From: Candidatus Limnocylindria bacterium
Lineage (GTDB): Bacteria > Chloroflexota > Limnocylindria > P2-11E
Direction: 5' to 3'
DNA: 64,000 bases
NCBI GenBank assembly: GCA_036518215.1
Contig: DATDNP010000201.1
Location: 24,448 to 88,447 of the forward strand
Each line of letters begins with the position of its first letter. Within the stretch, counting starts at the first letter, position 1. A program made the translations under genes and the position numbers. The notes under the pieces are model-generated. The model saw nothing but the letters and a program-made list of their open reading frames with translations. It made no database searches and was not told the DNA's origin. Of this stretch, positions 55,001 through 63,703 are shown one piece after another.

Positions 55001-56436
55001 CGCTCCTCTCCGTGCCGCTCGTGCGCGACGATCGAGCCGTCGGCACCTTCTCGCTGTGGCGCACGACGCCACGTCCATTCACGGCAGAGGAGATCGCGCT
55101 CGTCGAGAGCTTCGCCGATCAGGCGCTCATCGCGATCGAGAACGTTCGCCTCTTCGACGAGACGAAGGGCGCCCTCGAGCGACAGACGGCACTGGGCGAG
55201 ATCCTGCGCGTCATGGCCAGCTCGCCCACGAGCGAGCAGCCGGTCCTCGACGCCATCGCCCACAACGCCGTGCGCTTCTCGGGCGCCGAGGACGCGGCGG
55301 TCGCGCTCCGTGGCGAGAAGACATATCGCTTCGTCGCGCACGAGGGTGCGCTCCTACCCGACTTTGGCGTCGATCGGCCGCTCGACGAATCGACGGTGAG
55401 CGGTCGGGCGATGCTCCGAGCCGAGCTCGTCCACGTTCCGGATATCCGTGAGCGCGCCGCGGAGTTCCCGCGCAGCTACGAGTTCGCCCAGCGCAGCGGC
55501 CAGCGCGCGATGCTCTCGGTCCCGATGCTGCACGACGGCACGGCGATCGGCTCGATCGTGCTCCGCCGCAAGGACCCGCGCGCGTACTCCAACGAGGAGA
55601 TCGAGATCGCGCGCGCCTTCGCGGACCAGGCGGCGATCGCGATCGAGAACGTGCGGCTCTTCCACGAGATCCAGGAGAAGAGCGCACAGCTCGAGATCGC
55701 GAACCGCCACAAGAGCGAGTTCCTCGCGAACATGAGCCACGAGCTGCGGACGCCGCTGAACGCGATCATCGGGTTCAGCGAGGTGCTGTTGCAGGGCATC
55801 TTCGGCGACGTGAACGAGAAGCAGCGCGAGTATCTCGACGACGTGCTGTCGTCGGGAAAGCACCTGCTCTCGCTCATCAACGACATCCTCGACCTCTCGA
55901 AGATCGAAGCGGGCCGGATGGAGCTCGAGGTCTCGACGTTCTCTCTCACCGCCGCGCTCGAGAGCGGGCTCACGATCGTCCGCGAGCGGGCCGCGCGGCA
56001 CGGGATCGCGCTCGCAGCCGTGATCCCGGACGATCTTCCGACCGTGGACGCCGACGAGCGCAAGGTGAAGCAGATCCTCTACAACCTCCTCTCGAACGCC
56101 GTGAAGTTCACTCCCGACGGCGGACGCGTGGAGGTGCGTGTGCGTCGCGTAGGCGACGACGTCGAGATCGCCGTGAAGGACAACGGCATCGGGATCGCAC
56201 CCGCGGATCAGCCCAAGGTGTTCGAGGAGTTCCGGCAGGTCGGGCGCGAGCGGTCGCGCGAAGGCACCGGCCTCGGCCTCACGCTCACGAAGCGCTTCGT
56301 CGAGCTGCACGGCGGCCGGATCTGGCTCGCGAGCGAGGTCGGCGCGGGGAGCACGTTCACGTTCACCCTCCCGCTGCGCCGCGACGCCCGCCGCGGGGAC
56401 CCTGCCAGGGAGATCACGCCCGCGCAGCCATCCTGA
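52081..56436 (+). CDS. Soluble giant sensor histidine kinase with seven tandem GAF domains (1451 aa)
   Basis: No TM helix. Seven GAF units of about 180 aa, each followed by a near-identical linker (F(A/T)[30 protein letters not shown]). Then HisKA ([19 protein letters not shown]) and HATPase_c ([16 protein letters not shown]). Confidence 0.9.
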   Translation: MGDQGTARDERRVAELEAELARAREQQAAIAGVLQAMAGSHADEQAILDAIATSAVRYCGANDAQVWLVRGDELERAAHHGPVANLEGRIRLDPTSVAGRAIGERRTIHISDVLGPEGDAYPQTRARFAQMGHRALLVAPVVRDGVAIGSLNLRKHAPEPFTTEQIQLLEAFADQAAIVIENVRLHRETTASLERQTAISDLLGTISRSAFDLDAVLTTICVRAVALVGAQGASIGIREGDEIVIIATGGGPATLGKGERWLIDDTTVGGRAFLDGKRHYAPDVTKDPALPQGGAQTRLAIPFVRDGTVTGVLFTAHREANAFDERDIQLLEVFADQAAIAMENVRLYRETKESLEQQTAISEILQVISSSPTDIQPVLDAIARNAARYCLAEDCGVALIRSDGLLEQVAQYGPIALDIAPWPVDRTSVRGRAIVDRQVIHVPDMASESEAEYAIGVRRSRELGQRSILAAPLLREGRPLGAIGLRRTEVRPFTDKQIALLRTFADQAAIAIENVRLFNETKQALEQQTAISEVLRAISSSPTSSQPVLDVVATNAVRFCEAEHAVVCLIRDGLLTPVAHGGLDWEPVKPFVIDRTTVTGRAVVDRRITHVADLWALESEYPLGYAQAREGNERALVAAPLMHQDEVVGAIILRRTHPTPFTERQIDLLATFADQAAIAISNVRLFNETKEALEQQTAIADILRVISSSPTDLQPVADAIAKSALRFAGAEDASLVLVKDGVLVPASHRGPMVIPLTVPADRRSVTGRAILDRKTVHVGDVMANEEFPQSTENAASSGQRAVLAAPLMREGTAIGAILLRKTEPKPFTDGQVALVETFASQAVIAFENVRLFNETKVALERQTATAEVVKLMSSTAFDLRRVLDIVIGHATQLAQADAGFIYQADGEYLRMTAAYGEHAEAMREWQAEHPIRGDYLGSATGRAFAERRTVHISDVEADASYTYGEAKQLGAFRTLLSVPLVRDDRAVGTFSLWRTTPRPFTAEEIALVESFADQALIAIENVRLFDETKGALERQTALGEILRVMASSPTSEQPVLDAIAHNAVRFSGAEDAAVALRGEKTYRFVAHEGALLPDFGVDRPLDESTVSGRAMLRAELVHVPDIRERAAEFPRSYEFAQRSGQRAMLSVPMLHDGTAIGSIVLRRKDPRAYSNEEIEIARAFADQAAIAIENVRLFHEIQEKSAQLEIANRHKSEFLANMSHELRTPLNAIIGFSEVLLQGIFGDVNEKQREYLDDVLSSGKHLLSLINDILDLSKIEAGRMELEVSTFSLTAALESGLTIVRERAARHGIALAAVIPDDLPTVDADERKVKQILYNLLSNAVKFTPDGGRVEVRVRRVGDDVEIAVKDNGIGIAPADQPKVFEEFRQVGRERSREGTGLGLTLTKRFVELHGGRIWLASEVGAGSTFTFTLPLRRDARRGDPAREITPAQPS
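55690..56380 (+). repeat. Duplicated kinase-core segment (near-identical at DNA level to 59115-59800)
   Basis: The HisKA-HATPase_c regions of the two adjacent kinases share long identical nucleotide runs, e.g. aaccg(c/t)cacaagagcgagttcctcgcgaacatgagccacgagctgcg. This points to a recent tandem duplication. Confidence 0.7.
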
Positions 56437-56523
56437 GAACGGTCGCGGCCCGCCGATCTCGCGAGCGTTACGGCGGCGCCTGACGCGATACAGGCGGGCC
56501 TAGCATGCGGGCGGAGGGAGCGG

Positions 56524-59500
56524 GTGGACCTCGTTCGCCGAGCTGAATGGCTCGTGGAACGACCGTGGCGACTCGTCGCCATCGTGGCCGTCGCAGTCGC
56601 GCTGCCGATCCTTGTCCTCGGTGAGATATCGAACGAACAGACGCGCGCCCGGGACGTATTGGCGCGCGCCGAGGCGGGCGAACGCGATGCGGCAGCGGCG
56701 ACCGAAGTGCTCGCGACCCGACTGACCTCGATCGAACGAGCCGTCGTAACGACGGGCTCCCGGGATCCGCTGGGCGTTCCCACGCCGCTCATCAACGCCG
56801 TCGAGCGACTGGATAGCGAGGCCATCGAGGCGGAGCTCGCTGCGGTGTGGCCGTATCGCGATCCGTCGGTGATCCGGCTGGCGGTCGTCGATCCGGACGC
56901 GCACGTCATCGGGCAGACGCCGCAGCCTCTCAGTGGTGTTCGCACCGTTGCGTCCTATAGCAGCGCGTTCGCACTGAGCGCGCCGGAAGCGAGCGACGTC
57001 CATGTCGACGCGGGCGACCCTCGCCTCGAGATCGGGACGCCCATCGAAGGAGCCGAACGGCGCGGGTATCGCCTCATCGCTACGGTGAGTCTCCGCGCGC
57101 TCGCCTCCGACACACTCGCGCCGCTCGCGTTCGTGTATCCGGACGTGTATCTCATCGACACGCGCGGGCGTCTTGCGCTGCGCGGCTCGCGTTTGCTCGC
57201 GGACGAACAACTCTTGCGCGATGTGACCGCCGCCACGGCTGTGATGCCCGGCGCATCGAGCGTGATCGATCCGATCGATCCTTCGTATCGAATACTCGCG
57301 ACCGCGCGGATGCCCGAATTCGGTTGGTCGATCGTCGTGCTCGACCCGGGCGTCTCCAACGCGACCCTGGATGCCAGCCTTGCGCAGCAGCGTGCACTGC
57401 GGATCGGCCTTGTTGTCGTGCTTCTTGTCGGCTCGGTGATCGTGGGCAACACGTCGAGCGCGACGATCCGGCGCCGTCGCGAGGCACAAGAGGCTCTCGA
57501 ACAGCAGGTCGCGACGAGCGCGGTGCTGCGTGCCATCAGCGCGACGCATGACGACGTGCAGGCCGTGCTGCAGTGTGTCGTGGATGAGGCGCTGCGCCTC
57601 TGTGACGCGGAGAGCGCGACCTTCTATCGGAGCGACGGCGAGGATCGCGTGCTCATGGCTGTCGCAGGTCGCCACCCGGAGTCTGTCCCCATCGGCGAGC
57701 GCATCGCGAACACGCCGACGACGCTGCTCAGCTTGGCCCTTCGAGAAGGGAAAACGTTCCACACGCGCGACATGTCGAGTGAGGAGACGCGCCGGCTGGT
57801 CCGGCCCGACGAAACGCAGGAGGAATGGCAGCGCACGATCCTCGCATCGTGGCCAGGACTGTCCCGGCTCGCGGTTCCCGTGATGCAGGATGGCAAGGCG
57901 GTCGGTGTCATCCGCGTCGATCGCCGTGAGCGCGGCGGCTTCACACCGCAGCAGATCAAGCTCATCGAGTCCTTCGCGGCGCAGGCCGCGATCGCGATGG
58001 AAAACGTTCGTCTCTTCAATGAGACGCGAGAGGCGCTCGATCGACAGACCGCCATTAGTGAAGTCCTGAAGACGATCTCGCAGAGCGTCTTCCAACTGGA
58101 CTCGACGCTCCAGACCGTCGTCGAGAACGCGGCACGACTGTGCGACGCGGACGCAGCCTGGATGGTCGAATGGGCCGGTGCGGGCTACACGGGCCTCGCC
58201 CGATACGCGCGCACCCCAGAGATAGCCGCGCTGCTCGAAAGGGCACGTAAGTCGCAGCCCGGCGTCGTCGCTCCAGCCGAACGGCATCGCATCGCCGGCC
58301 GGATGTTCCTCGAACGTCGCACGATCGGCGTGGCTGACATAGCGAACGAGCCGGAGCTCTCAGGGTCATGGACGGCCCTCGATATCGGTGCGCGGTCCGT
58401 GCTCGGCGTACCTGTCGTGAGCGATGGCGTGCCTCTCGCGGGAATCGTGCTTGCGCGGGTTACCGTACGCCCGTTCTCCAAGAGCGAGACGGAACTCGTC
58501 GAGACGTTCGCCGATCAGGCGGCGATCGCCATCAAGAACGTCCGTCTCTTCACCGGTACGAAGGAGGCGCTCGAGCAGCAGACCGCGGTGAGCGATGTCC
58601 TCAAGACGATCAGCCGGAGCGTGTTCGAGCTGGCGCCGACCCTACGCACGGTCGTCGAGAACGCGGCACGCATCTGCGACGCTGATGCCGGCTGGATGAC
58701 TCGCACCTCTCTGTCGGGACACAGCTCGGGAGCGCGCTACGGCCGCACGCCCGAGATCGCACGCGCCGTCGAGCTCGCGTATGAGAGGTCCGTCGGGGAC
58801 GTCTCCGGGCCCGATCCCAGTAGGATCGGGGACCGCGTCTACCTCGAACGGCGGCCGATCGTCGTCGACGACATCGCGGCCGACGCCACCCTCGCGAACT
58901 CCTACATCGCGCACGGGATCAAGTCACGCTCCGTGCTTGCGGTGCCGGTCCTTGGCGACGACGCCGTGCTCGGCGCGATCATCCTCGCTCGTCTGACGGT
59001 GAGACCGTTCTCTGAACGCGAAACGCAGCTCGTTCAGACGTTCGCTGACCAAGCCGCGATCGCGATCCAGAACGTTCGTCTCTTCAATGAGGTCGAAGAC
59101 AAGTCGCGGCAGCTCGAGGCCGCCAACCGTCACAAGAGCGAGTTCCTCGCGAACATGAGCCACGAGCTGCGAACGCCGCTCAACGCGATCATCGGCTTCA
59201 GCGAGGTGCTTCTCCAAGGGCTCTTCGGTGACATCAACGCAAAGCAGCGCGAATACCTCGACGACGTGCTGACCTCCGGGAAGCATCTGCTGTCGCTCAT
59301 CAACGACATCCTCGACCTCTCTAAGGTCGAGGCGGGCCGCATGGAGCTGGAGCTGTCGCGCTTCTCGGTCGCGACGACGGTCGATACCTCGCTCACGATC
59401 ATCCGGGAGCGTGCTGCGCGTCACAGCATCGCACTGAGGGCCGTTCTCCCGAACGATCTGCCCGAGATCGAGGCCGACGAGCGGAAGGTCCGCCAGATCC

Positions 59501-59826
59501 TCTTCAACCTCCTGTCGAACGCCGTGAAGTTCACGCCGGATGGCGGCACAATCAGCCTTCACGTGCGCCGCGAGGCCGGCGGGTTGTGCTTCGCGGTGTC
59601 GGACACGGGGATCGGGATCGCGCCGGAGGATCAGGTGAAGGTGTTCGAAGAATTCCGTCAGGTCGGCCGCGAGCGCGCGCGCGAAGGGACCGGGCTGGGC
59701 TTGACGCTCACAAAGCGCTTCGTCGAGCTCCATGGCGGCCGGATCTGGGTCGAGAGCGAGACGGGAAAGGGCAGCACGTTCTCGTTCACCCTTCCGCTGA
59801 CGCAGCCGTCGGCGGCGCCGGCATGA
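56524..59826 (+). CDS. Membrane sensor histidine kinase with an extracytoplasmic sensor domain, three GAF domains and a kinase core (1100 aa)
   Basis: TM helix at about aa 15-35 and again at about aa 290-312, with a ~250-aa extracytoplasmic region between them. Then 3x GAF with the same linker motif and a HisKA-HATPase_c core paralogous to 52081..56436. Confidence 0.9.
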   Translation: MDLVRRAEWLVERPWRLVAIVAVAVALPILVLGEISNEQTRARDVLARAEAGERDAAAATEVLATRLTSIERAVVTTGSRDPLGVPTPLINAVERLDSEAIEAELAAVWPYRDPSVIRLAVVDPDAHVIGQTPQPLSGVRTVASYSSAFALSAPEASDVHVDAGDPRLEIGTPIEGAERRGYRLIATVSLRALASDTLAPLAFVYPDVYLIDTRGRLALRGSRLLADEQLLRDVTAATAVMPGASSVIDPIDPSYRILATARMPEFGWSIVVLDPGVSNATLDASLAQQRALRIGLVVVLLVGSVIVGNTSSATIRRRREAQEALEQQVATSAVLRAISATHDDVQAVLQCVVDEALRLCDAESATFYRSDGEDRVLMAVAGRHPESVPIGERIANTPTTLLSLALREGKTFHTRDMSSEETRRLVRPDETQEEWQRTILASWPGLSRLAVPVMQDGKAVGVIRVDRRERGGFTPQQIKLIESFAAQAAIAMENVRLFNETREALDRQTAISEVLKTISQSVFQLDSTLQTVVENAARLCDADAAWMVEWAGAGYTGLARYARTPEIAALLERARKSQPGVVAPAERHRIAGRMFLERRTIGVADIANEPELSGSWTALDIGARSVLGVPVVSDGVPLAGIVLARVTVRPFSKSETELVETFADQAAIAIKNVRLFTGTKEALEQQTAVSDVLKTISRSVFELAPTLRTVVENAARICDADAGWMTRTSLSGHSSGARYGRTPEIARAVELAYERSVGDVSGPDPSRIGDRVYLERRPIVVDDIAADATLANSYIAHGIKSRSVLAVPVLGDDAVLGAIILARLTVRPFSERETQLVQTFADQAAIAIQNVRLFNEVEDKSRQLEAANRHKSEFLANMSHELRTPLNAIIGFSEVLLQGLFGDINAKQREYLDDVLTSGKHLLSLINDILDLSKVEAGRMELELSRFSVATTVDTSLTIIRERAARHSIALRAVLPNDLPEIEADERKVRQILFNLLSNAVKFTPDGGTISLHVRREAGGLCFAVSDTGIGIAPEDQVKVFEEFRQVGRERAREGTGLGLTLTKRFVELHGGRIWVESETGKGSTFSFTLPLTQPSAAPA

Positions 59827-60200
59827 GCGACCTCGTTCTCATCATCGAGGACAACGAGAAGAACATGAAGCTCGCGCGCGACCTCCTGCGCTTTCACGGC
59901 TTCGACACGATCGAGGCGACGAGCGCGGAGGATGGCCTCGCGCTCGCGCGGGAGCGACAGCCGCGGCTCGTCCTCATGGACATCCAGCTTCCCGGGATGG
60001 ACGGCGTCACAGCGCTGGGGCGATTGAGGTCGGACGGCACGACCGCCGCGATCCCCGTCGTCGCGATGACGGCCTCTGTGATGAAGGAGGACCGCGAGCG
60101 CTTCGACAAGGCGGGCTTCGACGGGTTCCTCATGAAGCCGATCGACGTGCGCGCGTTCCCGCAGCAGGTGCGCGACGCGATCGCGCGCGGCCGCGCGTGA
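59823..60200 (+). CDS. Single-domain response regulator (CheY-like receiver)
   Basis: ATGA overlap with the kinase stop. [11 protein letters not shown]...[13 protein letters not shown]...KPID. 125 aa with no output domain. Confidence 0.85.
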   Translation: MSDLVLIIEDNEKNMKLARDLLRFHGFDTIEATSAEDGLALARERQPRLVLMDIQLPGMDGVTALGRLRSDGTTAAIPVVAMTASVMKEDRERFDKAGFDGFLMKPIDVRAFPQQVRDAIARGRA

Positions 60201-61237
60201 GCGATCGCCCGAAGATCCTCGCCGTCGACGACACCCCGGAGAACCTCCGGCTCCTCGACGCGCTCCTCGCGCCGCAGGGCTACGAGCTCGTGCCGGCGTC
60301 CTCCGGACGCGAGGCGCTCGCGCTCGTGCCGGAGCGGAGGCCGGACCTGCTCCTCGTCGACCTCGTGATGCCGGAGATGAACGGCTTCGAGGTCACCAAG
60401 GCCGTCCGCGCCGACGACACCTGGAAGCATCTGCCGATCATCATCATCACCGCGACGGGCGGCGCCGATCTCGTTCGGGCGCTCGAGGCGGGCGCGGACG
60501 ACTACGTGTCGAAGCCGTTCGACAAGAACGAGCTGCTCGCGCGCGTCCGGTCGCTCATCCGCGTGAAGAACTACTACGACACCGTGCAGCGGCAGCGCGA
60601 GGAGCTGTCGCGCTTCTTCTCGCCCGCGATCGCGCACCTCATCACGAGCGACGAAGGGAAGCGCATGCTCGACGGCCATCGTCGCGCCGTCACGGTCGTC
60701 TTCTGCGACCTGCGCGGCTTCACGGCGTTCTCGGAGACGGTGGAACCCGAGGAGGTGCTGGGCGTGCTGCGCGAGTACCACCGCGCGATGGGCGAGCTCA
60801 TCGCAGCGCACGGCGGCACGCTCGAGCACTTCGAGGGCGACGGCTTCATGGTGTTCTTCAACGATCCGATCGAAACGCCTCAGCACGAGCATGTCGCCGT
60901 GCGTATGGCCGTGGCGATGCGAGACCGCTTCGACGAGCTCGCCGCGCCGTGGCGCAGGAAGGGCTACGACCTCGCGTTCGGTGTCGGCGTTGCGGTGGGC
61001 TACGCGACGCTCGGACGCATCGGCTATGAGGGCCGCTACGACTACGCCGCGATCGGCAACGTGACGATCCACGCGTCGCGCCTCATGGCACGAGCGCAGG
61101 GCGGCGAGATCCTCATCACGCAGCGCCTGAACGCCGCGATCGAGGACGAGTTCGAGACGGCGGCCGTCGGCGAGCTCGAGCTGAAGGGCGTCACACGACC
61201 GGTCGCGGCGTTCAACGTCATTGGGAGGCGGAGATGA
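60197..61237 (+). CDS. Response regulator with a class III adenylate/guanylate cyclase (CHD) output domain
   Basis: GTGA overlap. REC (ILAVDDTPEN...LLLVDLVMPEMNG...KPFDKNEL). CHD (VTVVFCDLRGFTAFSE...GTLEHFEGDGFMVFFNDP...GVGVAVGYATLGRIG). Confidence 0.85.
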   Translation: MSDRPKILAVDDTPENLRLLDALLAPQGYELVPASSGREALALVPERRPDLLLVDLVMPEMNGFEVTKAVRADDTWKHLPIIIITATGGADLVRALEAGADDYVSKPFDKNELLARVRSLIRVKNYYDTVQRQREELSRFFSPAIAHLITSDEGKRMLDGHRRAVTVVFCDLRGFTAFSETVEPEEVLGVLREYHRAMGELIAAHGGTLEHFEGDGFMVFFNDPIETPQHEHVAVRMAVAMRDRFDELAAPWRRKGYDLAFGVGVAVGYATLGRIGYEGRYDYAAIGNVTIHASRLMARAQGGEILITQRLNAAIEDEFETAAVGELELKGVTRPVAAFNVIGRRR

Positions 61238-63366
61238 GCGACATCTACGAGACGATCAGTACGCGGCTCGATTACGGCTCGTTCGTCCCGCGGCCCATCG
61301 GCGATGTCGAGCGCGCGGACCTGAAGCGGCGGGACGGCACGATGTACACCGTCCTGAAGAACCCGCACGGCGACCGTGCCGCCGGCCTCTACATCCGGCT
61401 CGAGCCGGATGACGTCGCGCTCTTCGAGCTGATGGACGGCAACCGCACGATCCAAGACATCCTTGTCAATTACCTGGCGACGCACGGCGTGCTCGCCGTC
61501 GACCGCCTCGCGCGCCTCACGGCCGCGCTGTCGGCGAACGGCTTCTTCGGCGACGAGCGCCCGCGCTTCTACGAGCGCCTCGCCATGAACCGCCAGCTCC
61601 GCGATCCGCTCGTTCGTCTTTCGCTGTCGCTGCGGCGGCTCATCACGTGGGACATCGCGCGCTGGTCGAACGCCGATTCGCTCGTCCAGCGCGTGTACCG
61701 CGCCGGAGCGTGGCTGGCGTTCACGCCCGTCGGCGCGGCGCTCATCGCGGTCCTCTGCGTCGCCGGGATCGTCGCGTGGGTCCGCGAGGTCAGCGTCGGT
61801 CGCCACACGCTCGTCACGCTCGACGGGTCATTCGTGCTCGGGATCGTCGCCCTCATCCTCCTCCAGGTGCTATCGATCTCTGTGCACGAGGCAGGGCACG
61901 CGCTCGCGATCGCGCATTACGGGCGTCGCGTCCGACGCCTCGGTCTCGCGGTCTATTACCTCTTCCCGTGCGTCTACGTTGACAGCACCGACATGACGAT
62001 GGCATCACGAAAGGCGCGCATCGTCGTGTCCCTCGCCGGTCCGGTGGGCGGTCTCACGGTGAGCGCACTGTGCGCATTCGTGGCGATCGCCGACGGCGGA
62101 GTCCTCGGCAGCATCGCCTTCAAAGCATCGTCGCTCTTCCTTTTCCAATTCGCGCTCAACCTCATGCCGATCCTCGAGCTCGACGGCTACTACATCCTCG
62201 TCGACCTGCTCGACGCTCCGCTCCTCCGACAGCGCGCGCTCGCGTTCGCGCGGGGCGGCGTCATGCGGAAGCTTCGACGGCGCGAGCGGTGGTCGCCGTC
62301 GGAGATCGGGCTCGGCGTGTACGGCCTTCTCGCGATCGCCACCTCCTTCCTGATGATCGGCTTGTCGCTCGCGCTCTGGGAGTCACGCGTCTCGATCGCG
62401 GCACGCGAGCTGCTCGCAGCGGGGCCGCTCGGAGCGCTCGCGCTGGCGCTCCTCGTGCTCGTGTTCATCGGTCCACTCATCGTGGCGCTCACGATCCGCG
62501 TGGTCGGCTGGGGCAGGACCTTCGCGAAGGGGCGCGCACGGCGCGTACGCCGGCGTGAGCAGCAGGCGCTCGTCGAACGCGCACGCATCCTCTCGCGCGT
62601 GCCGTTCCTCGCGAGTCTCGCAGGGAATGCGCTCATCGCGATCGCGTCACACCTGAGCGAGGAGCGTGTGGACGCGAATACGAACGTCGTGACGATCGGC
62701 GAGCCCGGCCAGCGTTTCTACGTCGTGCGCTCGGGCCGTCTCGAGGTGCTCGACGCGAGCGGGCGCGTCATCGGCACGCTCGCGCCGGGTGACGGCTTCG
62801 GAGAGCTCGCGCTGCTCGACCACCGGCCGCGGACGGCGACGGTGCGCGCGACCGAGCCGAGCGAGCTCTGGTCCCTCGACCGCGGCCACTTCGAGCGTTG
62901 GATCCGCGAGCGGTACGAGATCGCCGCGCGGATCCGCGCGTCGGCTGAGGAGCGCGACATGCTCGCGAAGCTGCCCTTCTTCAAGGGACTGGAGCCTGCC
63001 GAGCTCGACCGGATCGTGCCGCATCTCAAGCTGACTCGCGTCGCCGCGGGCGAGGCGGTCTTCCGCGAAGGCGATCCCGGCGACCGCTACTACGTCATTC
63101 GCGAGGGCGAGGCGGACGTGAGCGTCGGCGGGAGCCTCGTGGCCCACCTCGGACCGGGCAGCGGCTTCGGGGAGCTCGCGCTGCTTTTCGGGAAGCCGCG
63201 TACAGCCACGGTGACCGCTACGAAGGATCTTGTCCTGGCCTCCCTCGGGCGCAGCGAGTTCGGCTGGCTCGTACGGGAATCAGGTGAGACGATGGGTGAG
63301 TTCAAGACACGAACGGCGCATTATGTCGGTTCCGCCGGCCTCGGGACGGCGGTGAGGGGGGCTTAG
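61234..63366 (+). CDS. Site-2 protease (peptidase M50) fused to two C-terminal cyclic-nucleotide-binding domains
   Basis: ATGA overlap. M50 zinc motif (HEAGHAL) in a TM helix and the second S2P motif (NLMPILELDG), with multiple TM helices. Then 2x CNB with GFGELALL...RTATVRA and GFGELALLFGKPRTATVTA. Confidence 0.85.
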   Translation: MSDIYETISTRLDYGSFVPRPIGDVERADLKRRDGTMYTVLKNPHGDRAAGLYIRLEPDDVALFELMDGNRTIQDILVNYLATHGVLAVDRLARLTAALSANGFFGDERPRFYERLAMNRQLRDPLVRLSLSLRRLITWDIARWSNADSLVQRVYRAGAWLAFTPVGAALIAVLCVAGIVAWVREVSVGRHTLVTLDGSFVLGIVALILLQVLSISVHEAGHALAIAHYGRRVRRLGLAVYYLFPCVYVDSTDMTMASRKARIVVSLAGPVGGLTVSALCAFVAIADGGVLGSIAFKASSLFLFQFALNLMPILELDGYYILVDLLDAPLLRQRALAFARGGVMRKLRRRERWSPSEIGLGVYGLLAIATSFLMIGLSLALWESRVSIAARELLAAGPLGALALALLVLVFIGPLIVALTIRVVGWGRTFAKGRARRVRRREQQALVERARILSRVPFLASLAGNALIAIASHLSEERVDANTNVVTIGEPGQRFYVVRSGRLEVLDASGRVIGTLAPGDGFGELALLDHRPRTATVRATEPSELWSLDRGHFERWIRERYEIAARIRASAEERDMLAKLPFFKGLEPAELDRIVPHLKLTRVAAGEAVFREGDPGDRYYVIREGEADVSVGGSLVAHLGPGSGFGELALLFGKPRTATVTATKDLVLASLGRSEFGWLVRESGETMGEFKTRTAHYVGSAGLGTAVRGA

Positions 63367-63367
63367 G

Positions 63368-63583
63368 GTGGACTGCTGGGTCTGCGAGCGCACGGCGCTC
63401 GGGGCGTGCCGGTTCTGCGGCCGCGGCACCTGCCGCGACCACGCGCGCACGCACCCCTTCGTCATCGAAGTGTTCCGCGGACGCAAGCACGAGACGCTGC
63501 GGGCGCTCGTCGTCGAGGACGCGCTCCACTGTGGCGTGTGCAAGCCCCGCAGCGAGCCCGTCGAGCTCCCCGAGCTCGAGTGA
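63368..63583 (+). CDS. Small Cys-rich zinc-ribbon-like protein
   Basis: GTG 1 nt after the protease stop. 71 aa with CWVCE..13..CRFCGRGTC..25..HCGVCK and an acidic tail. This is a predicted Cys4-type zinc ribbon. Confidence 0.5.
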   Translation: MDCWVCERTALGACRFCGRGTCRDHARTHPFVIEVFRGRKHETLRALVVEDALHCGVCKPRSEPVELPELE

Positions 63584-63703
63584 GGAGGCCTACCTGAGAG
63601 CTACTGTCATCACGATCACACAGGGGCAGCCATGGCGATGGACGTATGGGGAGCGTGGCGGGGCCAGAGTTCCGTCAACAGGCGATGGGAGGCGAAACAG
63701 AGA

